From a virus (lineage: Duplodnaviria; Caudoviricetes), in IMG/VR virus record IMGVR_UViG_3300037475_000049, positions 1 to 61,990 of that record: a stretch of 61,990 nt of DNA. One strand, written 5' to 3'. Each line of letters begins with the position of its first letter. The stretch's first letter is position 1. Positions 53,266-61,863 of the stretch are shown piece by piece. The notes under the pieces are model-generated. The model saw only the letters and a list, made by a program, of their open reading frames with translations. It made no database searches and was not told the origin of the DNA. Both the position numbers and the translations under genes were made by a program.

Positions 53266-54372
53266 TTAGCCCGTGATTTGATACAACTGCTGGTGGTAAC
53301 GCGGAGCCCAAGTAACCGCGCCAGCAAAAAGCACCTGACCCGCGATCTTGGTATTGCCCTGCGCAGGCTTGAACCCAGTGAACCCAAAGCCATACTCCGG
53401 GTCATCGGAGATGTAGAAGTTCATGTAGGGCTTGTTGCCGTTAATCCAGAACAGCGTCTCGTTGTACGAGCCAGCAGCCGGATAGCCGCCTACCGGAGTC
53501 GGATAAGCAGTAAGCGCTCCACCCGACATGGTTTTGATGAACTGGACAGCTACCGGATCGGCGGTTCCGCTCGAACCGTAGAGGTAAGCACCAGGAGCGT
53601 AACGGGACTTGATGATCGTCGCGCTGTTGAACTTCAGGCCGTTGAAGCCAATCTTCGGGTCCTGAGTGTCATTGAAGCGCTGCTGGGTCTGGAACTTCTC
53701 CTTGATGAAGGAGTAGCCGAACTGAGTAGTACAGCCAAGATTCGGTTCTTTCGTCCCGAAGCTGGCCGCCCCGTAGGTGTTTTCGAGCGTGTTGTACTGG
53801 ATTGTACCGTTCACGTTCGTCGGCACCGAGTTCAGCGTGGTTCCTACCGAACCGCCACGGGTGATCGCCCCGTAAGTGGTATACGCCACGTTATTCCAAG
53901 AAACGGTGGACCCGTCATTCAGCGCTTCCGGGAGTCCATCAAAGTTCTTGGTGTAGTTGGCATTGAGCCCCGGCAGGTACATCGCGATTTCGAGGTAAGC
54001 GCCCATCGTCGCATACGCATTTTCCATGCGTGACTTGACGAGGGAGAAGATCATGTTCGGTCCCTTGTTGATGACCTGAACATCTTCCTTCGCCATCGTG
54101 ATGTTGACCTCGAAGAACTTGGGATTGAACTGCAATTCCTGTTCTACTTGAGGCTCAGTGATGTCAAATTCTTGACCTTTGGCGTAAGGGCCGCCGATCA
54201 GCCCGTTATACCAAAAGTTCTCGCCGATAAACCGCCCACCCGTATAGGTTTCCCGTGCGGTCGTCTTGGCATAAGCAGCCAAGGGACCTTCCTGGAAAAC
54301 CATGTCGATGAGCTTTGGAGTTTCGCGGACGAAGCGTTTAGTTGCGACTGTTATCTGGTCTAAATCAGCCAT
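53266..54372 (-). CDS. Major capsid protein
   Basis: 368 aa after scaffold; GGRFI.E; FDGL; YGAITR; QQRF...GFNGLKF. Confidence 0.8.
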   Translation of the reverse strand: MADLDQITVATKRFVRETPKLIDMVFQEGPLAAYAKTTARETYTGGRFIGENFWYNGLIGGPYAKGQEFDITEPQVEQELQFNPKFFEVNITMAKEDVQVINKGPNMIFSLVKSRMENAYATMGAYLEIAMYLPGLNANYTKNFDGLPEALNDGSTVSWNNVAYTTYGAITRGGSVGTTLNSVPTNVNGTIQYNTLENTYGAASFGTKEPNLGCTTQFGYSFIKEKFQTQQRFNDTQDPKIGFNGLKFNSATIIKSRYAPGAYLYGSSGTADPVAVQFIKTMSGGALTAYPTPVGGYPAAGSYNETLFWINGNKPYMNFYISDDPEYGFGFTGFKPAQGNTKIAGQVLFAGAVTWAPRYHQQLYQITG

Positions 54373-54411
54373 GATGTTGTCTCCAGACCCCAGCCGCTAG
54401 GACAGGGATCT

Positions 54412-55215
54412 TCAGCTTGCCTTCTCCTGATAGTTGTTGAACGCCTCCAAGAATGCTTCCTTGGAATTGCGGTCTTGCTGAAGTTCGGATACGGGTTGAT
54501 CGGGCTTCTCGGATCGGTCGAAGAATGGATGCGCTTCTTTGGGGCGCGTATTGATCGGCAACTGGTGCTTAGAAAGAGCATCGCGTGCTCCCTCTTCGCG
54601 GGCTGCCTTCAACTTCGCGTCAAACTCGGCGTTCCGCTGTTCGTCCACCTTGGGAGCTACGAACTCCTTGTAGGCTTGGCGCAACGGCAAACCGCTCTTG
54701 ATCGCATACGCCTCCAGGGCGTCCACGTCCACAGGCTCTTTAAACCTCTGGAAGTGATCCATGGTCACGTAAGCTATATCTTTCGACAGGTTTACGTAAG
54801 CCTGATCCTTCTGGGCGCTGTTCGCCTTCAGGATCTCCTCAACTTGGTCCTTGGTTAGCCCGGTGGCTTCGGCTGCACGCCGAACGTCCCCCGCGCCGTC
54901 GATAGCTCCGTAGGTTTGCTGGTACGCCTGCAACTGCTGGGTCAGCGTGCCGAATTGATCGAACGCTGGCTTGGCGGTCTTGGAATACCAATCACGAACC
55001 GAAGCGGCTTCCTGCTCCGCCTTGGTCGCACGCCCCTCCCATTCACCCTTCATTCGGTCGAGTGTCGAGTGGTGAGTCGGCGTTTCTACGAACCCATCTT
55101 TAAATGCTTTCGCAACAGTGTCATCGCCCAGAGCTTCGCTGATGGCTTTCATCTTCTCTTCAGAGACGCCAGCCTTCTTCGCTAACTCCTGCCAGTACTG
55201 TTTTAGGTCTGCCAT
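54412..55215 (-). CDS. Scaffolding protein
   Basis: Charged helical 267 aa directly upstream of the MCP. Confidence 0.65.
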   Translation of the reverse strand: MADLKQYWQELAKKAGVSEEKMKAISEALGDDTVAKAFKDGFVETPTHHSTLDRMKGEWEGRATKAEQEAASVRDWYSKTAKPAFDQFGTLTQQLQAYQQTYGAIDGAGDVRRAAEATGLTKDQVEEILKANSAQKDQAYVNLSKDIAYVTMDHFQRFKEPVDVDALEAYAIKSGLPLRQAYKEFVAPKVDEQRNAEFDAKLKAAREEGARDALSKHQLPINTRPKEAHPFFDRSEKPDQPVSELQQDRNSKEAFLEAFNNYQEKAS

Positions 55216-55279
55216 ATTTTTGTGCTCTCATTCCCCAGAACCCTGCCTTGATTGCCCAGGCTCCTAGAAAGTCGATCAA

Positions 55280-55672
55280 CTACATACCCGGTCCAGGCGG
55301 AGGTCCGCCGGGAGGGGGAGGGGGAGCCATTGGCATTCCACCACCACCCGGAGGGCCTGCTGCTGCCGGAACTTGCATCGGATTCCCGCCTGTCATAGCC
55401 TGCGGCACCGCCTGACGGACAAATGCCACCACCTGACCCAGCGGGTCTTGTAAAGCCGGAAACCCTTGAACGAGGAGTTGCGCCCCTTTTTCCATCAACT
55501 GCAACCCCTGGAGAGCCATGATCTGCGGATTGCCCGCGTCGGCTCCTAACCCCTTCGGCTGCTGATCCATTAACGTAGACTTTCGCCCCCCGCCGCCAGT
55601 AGGCAGAGGAGGCGGACCATCCAAACTCGTATGGCGGTCGTCCTGCGCAGGACCAGCAACTTCTAATGCCAA
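55280..55672 (-). CDS. Pro/Gly-rich head-region protein
   Basis: 130 aa between portal and scaffold. Confidence 0.55.
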   Translation of the reverse strand: MALEVAGPAQDDRHTSLDGPPPLPTGGGGRKSTLMDQQPKGLGADAGNPQIMALQGLQLMEKGAQLLVQGFPALQDPLGQVVAFVRQAVPQAMTGGNPMQVPAAAGPPGGGGMPMAPPPPPGGPPPGPGM

Positions 55673-55777
55673 CTTATTTCCCTTTGCACGCTACGGACTT
55701 GACTTGGGTGGCGGGGCCGACAACCATACCCTTTTTCGAGCCCTTACCCATAGACTTCATGCCGCCTGATTTCTTTT

Positions 55778-55990
55778 TCACGTTTTTGCTCCTGACATAG
55801 ATGGTTTTGGAATGGATGCGCCCGCTTTCCTCGCTTTGGAAAGAAGGATGGCAACTCTTTGCTTGGATGCTCGACCGGGGCCGTACTTCGCGGCGGTCTT
55901 GCCGAGGATGGCGGGAGGGTTCTTTTTGATTTCCGTCCCGACTTCGTTCAGGACACCTTCGTTGTCTTCGGTGGGGGCCATGCGTGCCAT
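55778..55990 (-). CDS. Small basic phage protein
   Basis: KQRVAILLSKARKAGA. Confidence 0.55.
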   Translation of the reverse strand: MARMAPTEDNEGVLNEVGTEIKKNPPAILGKTAAKYGPGRASKQRVAILLSKARKAGASIPKPSMSGAKT

Positions 55991-56166
55991 TACTTGTGCA
56001 TCCTTCCCAGCGTCTTCGCTAGATCCGCCCTGCGGCGCAACGTCGGATTCTTGCTTTTCTCAGCTTTTTCCAATTTGGCCTGTGGAATCTTCTTCCCTTG
56101 CGGAACTCCCAACTCCTTATGGAGCGCTCCCGGATGCTTAATAGCGCCCTTGATCCAATTCGCCAT
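55990..56166 (-). CDS. Small basic phage protein (NWIKGAIKHPGALH family)
   Basis: GGAGG RBS; MANWIKGAIKHPGALHKELGVPQGKKIP. Confidence 0.7.
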   Translation of the reverse strand: MANWIKGAIKHPGALHKELGVPQGKKIPQAKLEKAEKSKNPTLRRRADLAKTLGRMHK

Positions 56167-56178
56167 AAATCGAACCTC

Positions 56179-56230
56179 CACAAAATGTTGTGGTTATTAG
56201 AACGGTACACCACTACCAGTAGTGTGTCAA
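56179..56230 (-). promoter_or_regulatory. Promoter of the scaffold/capsid operon with tandem NrdR-like boxes
   Basis: TTGACA-17-TACCGT; boxes CACAAAATGTTGTG (56179) and CACTACCAGTAGTG (56211), 32 bp apart. Confidence 0.7.
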
Positions 56231-56358
56231 GAACAGGCGCACCTTATTCCACCAGCGGATAAGCAGAGGTTCTTGGATTATGGCTGGAGGTGGAATAGGC
56301 GCGGCGGCTCGGGGAGCCCGCTTGTAAAACATGTTGTGCGCCATCCGATACCGATTCA

Positions 56359-56646
56359 TCATCGGATGCCGTAGATAAACTGGAGCCCGTCCCCGCTATT
56401 GGCGGCATCCACCCACATTTCCCCTAGGTCGTACATGGCGATATCAGCCACAGGCCAAGTAACATAGGCGTCTCCCGGCAAAATGACGACGCCTCTGGTG
56501 GCACTAACGGTTTTGCCCCCTAGGTAGACGCCCCCTTGATTTGTGGCGAATGGCTGGAAGGTGATCCAATTCGCCATCGTTTGCACGGACGCAACTCTCT
56601 GCCGTGTGCCCGCCGCTGCTACTGTTACGTTCCCGTCGTAGACCAT
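56359..56646 (-). CDS. Small beta-rich virion protein
   Basis: GAGG RBS; TNQGGVYLGG..V...G. Confidence 0.6.
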   Translation of the reverse strand: MVYDGNVTVAAAGTRQRVASVQTMANWITFQPFATNQGGVYLGGKTVSATRGVVILPGDAYVTWPVADIAMYDLGEMWVDAANSGDGLQFIYGIR

Positions 56647-56656
56647 AATGCGCCTC

Positions 56657-56953
56657 TCAACAAATCAGCGTTATACGCAATTTTTGATTGTTCGTCCCCA
56701 GGAACCAAAACTCATCGGCATTGCTGATAACCGCCTGGAAAGCCCCGATGATAACAGAGGCGTCAAGCGTGGCTGTGTTTGGCGTGATCGTTCCTGCGTA
56801 GGAACTCGTTGTTAGCCCCGTCAGGCCGAAGTACGCGATAGCATTGCCGATGTCGCTCTCAATGCGCATGTAATAGAACGGCGTGCGCGTGGTCGTGCAT
56901 TGGACTGGCGTGCTGGTGCCAGCGAGGGTAATTGTTAACTGAATCAGTGCCAT
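56657..56953 (-). CDS. Small beta-rich virion protein
   Basis: Adjacent to portal; resembles 56359..56646. Confidence 0.55.
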   Translation of the reverse strand: MALIQLTITLAGTSTPVQCTTTRTPFYYMRIESDIGNAIAYFGLTGLTTSSYAGTITPNTATLDASVIIGAFQAVISNADEFWFLGTNNQKLRITLIC

Positions 56954-58864
56954 TTAGCTTGACTCCTTCATCACTAGCCGGGGCGCTTCTCCCCCTGATG
57001 CCTTGCGCCCAGCGCTTGAAATATTCATACCCAGGCCCATTTGCTGTTCTGCCTGAAGCCTCTCCGAGATAGTTCCGGCAGGCGCTTCCCCAACGTTCGG
57101 AATCCCCAATTTTTCCAATAAGGTCCAGTGGTCGAGAAGTCCAGCACGCGACAACTGCAAGTACATCATCTTCTCTTCCATCTCCGACGCCGATAGCAGA
57201 GATCCCGGAGCAATGTGGTACGTGAAACGTCGCAGGTATTCGCGGGACCGTTCATAGCGGGGCATGGGCCCGCGCAATAGCGCATCGGGAGAAACCACGC
57301 CGCGTTCGTCAAAATCTTCGTCGTGGACGAAATCGGGGATCATACTGCCCGGATCGAAGTCGAAATCCTCGAATGTGGCTCCATCGGGACCCAGAATTGT
57401 CAGACGCTTCGGAAGATCGTAGAACTGTGCGAAGTTGTAGGCCGTCATCATGCCGAACTCGCGCATAACGGCTTCTATGGCTCGCGAACGACCGCGAACG
57501 CTGGGGGACATCGCTTCCATCACCTTTTCGATAGTCCCTGCGCTCGGCATCTGATTCAGCCGCATCATCTGGCTGAGATCGCGGACGCCAGAGAGCATGT
57601 CCATCTCGTTCGAATCAAGCTCCAACGACTTGAAAATGGTGTCCGGAAGAGGATTCGGGTAGACAATCTGAATACCTTTGCCCATCATCGGGTTTTGCTG
57701 GAGCTTCAGGCCCGATTTGCGGGTGTCGATGCGGTCCATCGCCTGCCGGGACGTGCTGTTTTTGTCCGCGATGAGGTCAGGTCGAGCCATTTTCTCAGTC
57801 CAGTCGTCAATGACACGCAATTTCTTGTCATACGACTTCTGGAGCGGCAAAAGATCCCACAGAGGCGCTTTCCCTAGCCAAGTCCACGGCCAATCGTCCA
57901 AAGTCAGCTTACAAACAGGGAAAAGGCCATGCCAGTAGATGCTAGGACCGTCGTAGAGCACTGCATCGGAGGTAAAAACGATGCAGCGCTTGCGGGGATA
58001 GAGCAATTCACCCTTATGGACGATGTAGGACCAGTTGGTTTTGGGCTCTCCGCGCTCATTCGTTTCGCCCATGACGCGCGGGGTTGTGCCTTCGTGCCGC
58101 CGCGTGTCCGTAATGTACATTTCGTACAGGTCCACGGTGGGGATGCGCGGCAATTCTTTGGCTGGCTTGTCGTCGCCGAACAAACGGGCGCGGAAAGGGC
58201 TCGACATCGCCTCAAAAACGCGGCCAGCGCGGGTATTTTTTAAACCCGTGATCGCGGAACCGTCCCGATCCGCGTGAATACGGTTCTTTTTGCTAGGGTA
58301 GAGGCCGCGAACGTAGTTTACGCTGCGGGAGCGCCGGATGATGACGCCCATTGCCGTCTGGATGGTGGAATTATCGGCTGGACGGATAGGGATGACATCG
58401 CGGGGATCTTCGGCGGAAAGGTCCAAATCCTCCGTGTCTTCGTTGTAAAACGGGTGAATCCAGCCCGTGCCACCGACTAGATAGTATTTGATCCCCTCCG
58501 CAAAGCGCATGTCGATCTGGCGCTGGGTGTACCATGCGCTCGATAGCTTGCCGAAGATTTCCGCGTTCTTCTCAAAGCGCTTGTTGTAGGTTCGGAACTC
58601 CCAGAAGGGCTTAACGTCCGTCATTAACGCTGCAAGGTCGTTGGCGATCTTGCCGATGTGATTGGAGGTGGTGGTTGAGAGCGTAGAGGACCGCATTTCG
58701 CGGCCTTTGCCCATAATGGCGGCTATGCACTCATCAATGCGGTCGTAACCCTCTTGAGCCTTGAGAAACGCTGATCCTTCCTCCAGGGCTTCTGTAGCCC
58801 ATTCGAGGATGCGAAATTCGTTCGATTCGTCCGTAGTGGAAGGGATCGGCGGTTGATAGGCCAC
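56954..58864 (-). CDS. Portal protein
   Basis: 636 aa after terL; N.I; GTGWI..Y; DPRDV; LLPLQ..Y; MDMLSGV. Confidence 0.85.
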   Translation of the reverse strand: MAYQPPIPSTTDESNEFRILEWATEALEEGSAFLKAQEGYDRIDECIAAIMGKGREMRSSTLSTTTSNHIGKIANDLAALMTDVKPFWEFRTYNKRFEKNAEIFGKLSSAWYTQRQIDMRFAEGIKYYLVGGTGWIHPFYNEDTEDLDLSAEDPRDVIPIRPADNSTIQTAMGVIIRRSRSVNYVRGLYPSKKNRIHADRDGSAITGLKNTRAGRVFEAMSSPFRARLFGDDKPAKELPRIPTVDLYEMYITDTRRHEGTTPRVMGETNERGEPKTNWSYIVHKGELLYPRKRCIVFTSDAVLYDGPSIYWHGLFPVCKLTLDDWPWTWLGKAPLWDLLPLQKSYDKKLRVIDDWTEKMARPDLIADKNSTSRQAMDRIDTRKSGLKLQQNPMMGKGIQIVYPNPLPDTIFKSLELDSNEMDMLSGVRDLSQMMRLNQMPSAGTIEKVMEAMSPSVRGRSRAIEAVMREFGMMTAYNFAQFYDLPKRLTILGPDGATFEDFDFDPGSMIPDFVHDEDFDERGVVSPDALLRGPMPRYERSREYLRRFTYHIAPGSLLSASEMEEKMMYLQLSRAGLLDHWTLLEKLGIPNVGEAPAGTISERLQAEQQMGLGMNISSAGRKASGGEAPRLVMKESS

Positions 58865-59265
58865 TACTTATCCTCATGGCCGCGACCACTGCCACGGTCA
58901 AACCAAGCGCGTTCGCTGCGGGTGCCTGTGGCCTTCTCGATTTTCTCCAGTGAGCGGAGATTACGCGCCTCGAATCGCTCATAGCCCATACGGGCATAGC
59001 GTTCCGGGATCGGCACGTCATTACGCGCGGTGAATTTGATGTCACCGCTTCCCGGATGACGCCAAACCACCGCCGCCTCGGAGGGATGACAAGGGAGCCC
59101 GGTATCGGGAGCCTTCCCTCTAAGGTCAATGGCTTTTGTCTGGATTTCGGCGATATGGCCCCGGTCGAGGTCCCAATGGATCACCTTCTTTCCCAGTAAG
59201 TGACTGTTGGTCTGGGCATCGCCCACAATCTCAAACCCGCACTCGCATTGTGCAACGAATGGCAT
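58864..59265 (-). CDS. Hypothetical protein
   Basis: TAATG-coupled start at 59265. Confidence 0.5.
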   Translation of the reverse strand: MPFVAQCECGFEIVGDAQTNSHLLGKKVIHWDLDRGHIAEIQTKAIDLRGKAPDTGLPCHPSEAAVVWRHPGSGDIKFTARNDVPIPERYARMGYERFEARNLRSLEKIEKATGTRSERAWFDRGSGRGHEDK

Positions 59266-59507
59266 TAGCGAAGCCTCATATTGGACCAAGCCAAAACGTA
59301 TTCGTTGTCGAGGAATAGTTGACACAGGGCATCATAGGACCAGTTATCTGGCAGGGGCGTTGATTCCTGTCCCGTTAGAATGTATCTCGCAAGAGCGCTT
59401 TTCAGCCCATAAAGACTTCCAAAATGTTCGATTGCGTTATTTGAGCTTAACTGATTTTGAAACCACCAATTAAGAGCATCTTGTAGGCTTGGATTTGTAG
59501 AGGTCAT
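59265..59507 (-). CDS. Hypothetical protein
   Basis: Coupled both sides. Confidence 0.45.
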   Translation of the reverse strand: MTSTNPSLQDALNWWFQNQLSSNNAIEHFGSLYGLKSALARYILTGQESTPLPDNWSYDALCQLFLDNEYVLAWSNMRLR

Positions 59508-59914
59508 CGCATCCCCGCCGCCGCTTCCGCCCACTCATTGACGCAATCCGTGAGGTAAGTACCAAAGTCCCGGCTATGGTCGAAGTGCCTCGTACGCAAG
59601 CGTTCCAGAACTTCAGGCCGGATCGTCATGCTGATGCCGTTGACCTTCACAGTCAGGAAACGGCGGATGATTTCGAGCACTTCGCCGGGGCCGTTGATAT
59701 TGCGGCCCAGCATGGTTTCGAGGTTGCGGCGCTGTGTGTCGGTGAAGTAGAGCGGCTTCGTAGCGTTGTAATCGACGCACTCAGAGAGGCGATTCGCCAG
59801 CAGTTCTTCGAGTTCGACGCCGTAGGTTTCCGACTCTTCGCGGTACTTCTTGAGCACTGCGTCGGAGAGGTCCAAGCGCAGCAAGATACTGGGAGCGGGC
59901 GTAGTGGCTGCCAT
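59504..59914 (-). CDS. Hypothetical protein, possibly RHH-like repeats
   Basis: 136 aa; first gene after the NrdR-boxed promoter. Confidence 0.6.
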   Translation of the reverse strand: MAATTPAPSILLRLDLSDAVLKKYREESETYGVELEELLANRLSECVDYNATKPLYFTDTQRRNLETMLGRNINGPGEVLEIIRRFLTVKVNGISMTIRPEVLERLRTRHFDHSRDFGTYLTDCVNEWAEAAAGMR

Positions 59915-59922
59915 TAGAAGTC

Positions 59923-59992
59923 ATCTTAGACTGGAAATGGTGCAAACGCAAGATATAGTGCCAAGTGGAACATTTGACCACTATATGTTGTG
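59923..59992 (-). promoter_or_regulatory. Promoter of the portal operon with tandem NrdR-like boxes
   Basis: TTGCGT-17-TAAGAT; boxes CGCAAGATATAGTG (59947, overlaps -35) and CACTATATGTTGTG (59979), 32 bp apart. Confidence 0.75.
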
Positions 59993-59994
59993 TA

Positions 59995-60855
59995 TTAATC
60001 GGAGTCTAGGATTTGCGCGAATCGTTCTTCCCAAGCGTCGAACAGCCCTTCGGCGGTGATGTCCATCGCTTGCCAGTTGCGGGGACCGCCTTCGCTGACT
60101 TCGACCTTCATGGTGTCGATATCCTCCCACTGCCAGTCATGGGCGGCGTAAATCGCTAAAAGCAGCGCCACTACGCGGTCATCGTGCTTGCCGAACTTGG
60201 CGCGTGCAGTTTCCGTCCACATCCAGTCATCGGCTTGGCAATCCGCCATTTCTTCGATGGTGAATGACGAATTGATGCGGATCTTGCGCTGGATGATGTG
60301 CTTCATTCCGCGCGTCCAGAGATCGCGACGGCTGCGCTCGTTCGACACCCAGCCCACGGTGTTGCGCCCCCGCTCTGGCGTCAGTGTATTGGCATAGCGG
60401 ATGGGCGTGTAGAGGTTGGTATAGCCGTACTTCGTGACCATGCGGCGCTGCGTTGGTTCTCCAGGTCCAGGCCACACTTCGATGATGGCGAGCGCTTGGC
60501 CATCCTCGTTGTTACCCGCGTAGAGCCGTCCCATAGCGTTTGCCACGTCACCAAGGTCTTCGGCGTCGATGGGAGCCGCATATTCCGCTGCCTGTACGTC
60601 AGGATGGCCGCTACGCCCAGCCCGGATGATCTGGATCACGCCATTGTCGATTTTATTGTCATCGGTCTTCTTCAGCCGCCGATCCCAGCCCACGATGCCG
60701 CGTGATGGGTCTACCCCCATGAAATACGTGGCTCCGGGTTGCGGTGTCTCGAAGATCAGGACCGTGCCTAGCGGATCGCGGATGAGTTCGCGTGTTTCGC
60801 TAGCGTCGATCAGTTTAACGTCGCCGCAAAACGGGATGTTGTAGAGATCACTCAC
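59995..60855 (-). CDS. terL: Terminase large subunit, stand-alone RNase H-like nuclease part
   Basis: IFETPQPGATYFMGVDPSRG; IIEV; YTNLY; GW.SN..SR; HDDRVVA. Confidence 0.85.
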   Translation of the reverse strand: MSDLYNIPFCGDVKLIDASETRELIRDPLGTVLIFETPQPGATYFMGVDPSRGIVGWDRRLKKTDDNKIDNGVIQIIRAGRSGHPDVQAAEYAAPIDAEDLGDVANAMGRLYAGNNEDGQALAIIEVWPGPGEPTQRRMVTKYGYTNLYTPIRYANTLTPERGRNTVGWVSNERSRRDLWTRGMKHIIQRKIRINSSFTIEEMADCQADDWMWTETARAKFGKHDDRVVALLLAIYAAHDWQWEDIDTMKVEVSEGGPRNWQAMDITAEGLFDAWEERFAQILDSD

Positions 60856-61337
60856 GCCGCTTCAGTTCGGTTATGAAGTTTACAGAAAGGATGAAGGGCA
60901 ACGCGCATTTCTCCGAACTCTTCGTCATGGATCATCTTGTGCCCAATAATCTTAGCGGAGCAGGTGCATTTTTGATCTAGGAAACTTTCCATAAGGGACT
61001 TAGCGCCGTCTATCTTGACCTGTACCATTTGCTCTAATGGAGTTTCAGCAGCCCACCCATGCGCCATGCGATAAGCTACCCTCTTTATCGTCTCAACATT
61101 TGGCGCATTGAGTTCTATGGACTCTTGCAAAGAAATAGGGACATGGGCGAAGAAAAACTCTCCATCGTTACGCTGTCCCATTAGTTGCCCAATAAGCCTA
61201 AGTGAACTGGGGTCCCTCTGTAGCCCATACCATTCCAAGTGCGTATACCACCGCTCTGGAGAGATCTTTTTAGTTATCTCTGGCGCAAGGCAAGCCGCCA
61301 GAACAGTGCCTAGGAAATCGCGTCTCGAAAGTTCCAT
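60852..61337 (-). CDS. Protein with twin-arginine-like N-terminus
   Basis: MELSRRDFLGTVLAACLA. Confidence 0.6.
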   Translation of the reverse strand: MELSRRDFLGTVLAACLAPEITKKISPERWYTHLEWYGLQRDPSSLRLIGQLMGQRNDGEFFFAHVPISLQESIELNAPNVETIKRVAYRMAHGWAAETPLEQMVQVKIDGAKSLMESFLDQKCTCSAKIIGHKMIHDEEFGEMRVALHPFCKLHNRTEAA

Positions 61338-61423
61338 AGAATCCGCTCAAAGCATCGCCCGAAATCGGTCGGAGGCCCGATCCATCCCCTGTGCCCCAGA
61401 GGTGGGCGATGCTTTCAACGGAT

Positions 61424-61573
61424 TCACGCCTGCTTGCCTAAAACCCAAAATACGATCTTGTGAAGGTATCCAGTCCAAAAAAGGATCTGAATGATCCCTG
61501 CCAACAGTAGCAAGAAACAGAGAATTTTAACATTCCTATCAATCACCCTGATGTTATCGTCAACCTTGCTCAT
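61424..61573 (-). CDS. 49-aa membrane peptide (not in ORF track)
   Basis: MSKVDDNIRVIDRNVKILCFLLLLAGIIQILFW...; ATGA overlap with the terL ATPase stop. Confidence 0.5.
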   Translation of the reverse strand: MSKVDDNIRVIDRNVKILCFLLLLAGIIQILFWTGYLHKIVFWVLGKQA

Positions 61574-61863
61574 GCCGCGTCCTTCTCCCTCTCAAAATCA
61601 TAGAATAACGGCTGCTTAGCGCGATTGCGAAGCTCATCGAGCAATTCCGGGTCGAAAGCACTACGTTCGTTGTGCTGGAATGACTCCTCCGGGGTCGCGC
61701 AGTAATTCGAGAGGAAGAAGTTGAGCGAACCCGACTTGCGATACTCCTCCCGCATCGCTTCCCACCAGCAAAGTTGCTCTTTTGGCAGCATCACCTGTCG
61801 CCCGACGAACTCAGTGCTGGTTTCCCAGACCTTTTTGGCGTGCATAAGGCCGATTTCGCTGGG
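61570..61863 (-). CDS. terL: 3' end of the terminase ATPase gene (continuation of 927..1)
   Basis: EQLCWW...FLSNYCATPEESFQ...SAFD, in frame with 1..927 via the terminal overlap. Confidence 0.85.
   Translation of the reverse strand, partial: PSEIGLMHAKKVWETSTEFVGRQVMLPKEQLCWWEAMREEYRKSGSLNFFLSNYCATPEESFQHNERSAFDPELLDELRNRAKQPLFYDFEREKDAA

Noticed and set aside
53041-54033. 330-aa + strand ORF
   Set aside because: Antisense shadow of the capsid gene
56325-56338. Additional NrdR-like box TAAAACATGTTGTG
   Set aside because: Two mismatches, unpaired, and inside a probable small ORF
60856-61569. Group I intron or intein in terL
   Set aside because: No recognisable intron core or homing nuclease; both halves have their own coupled start and stop
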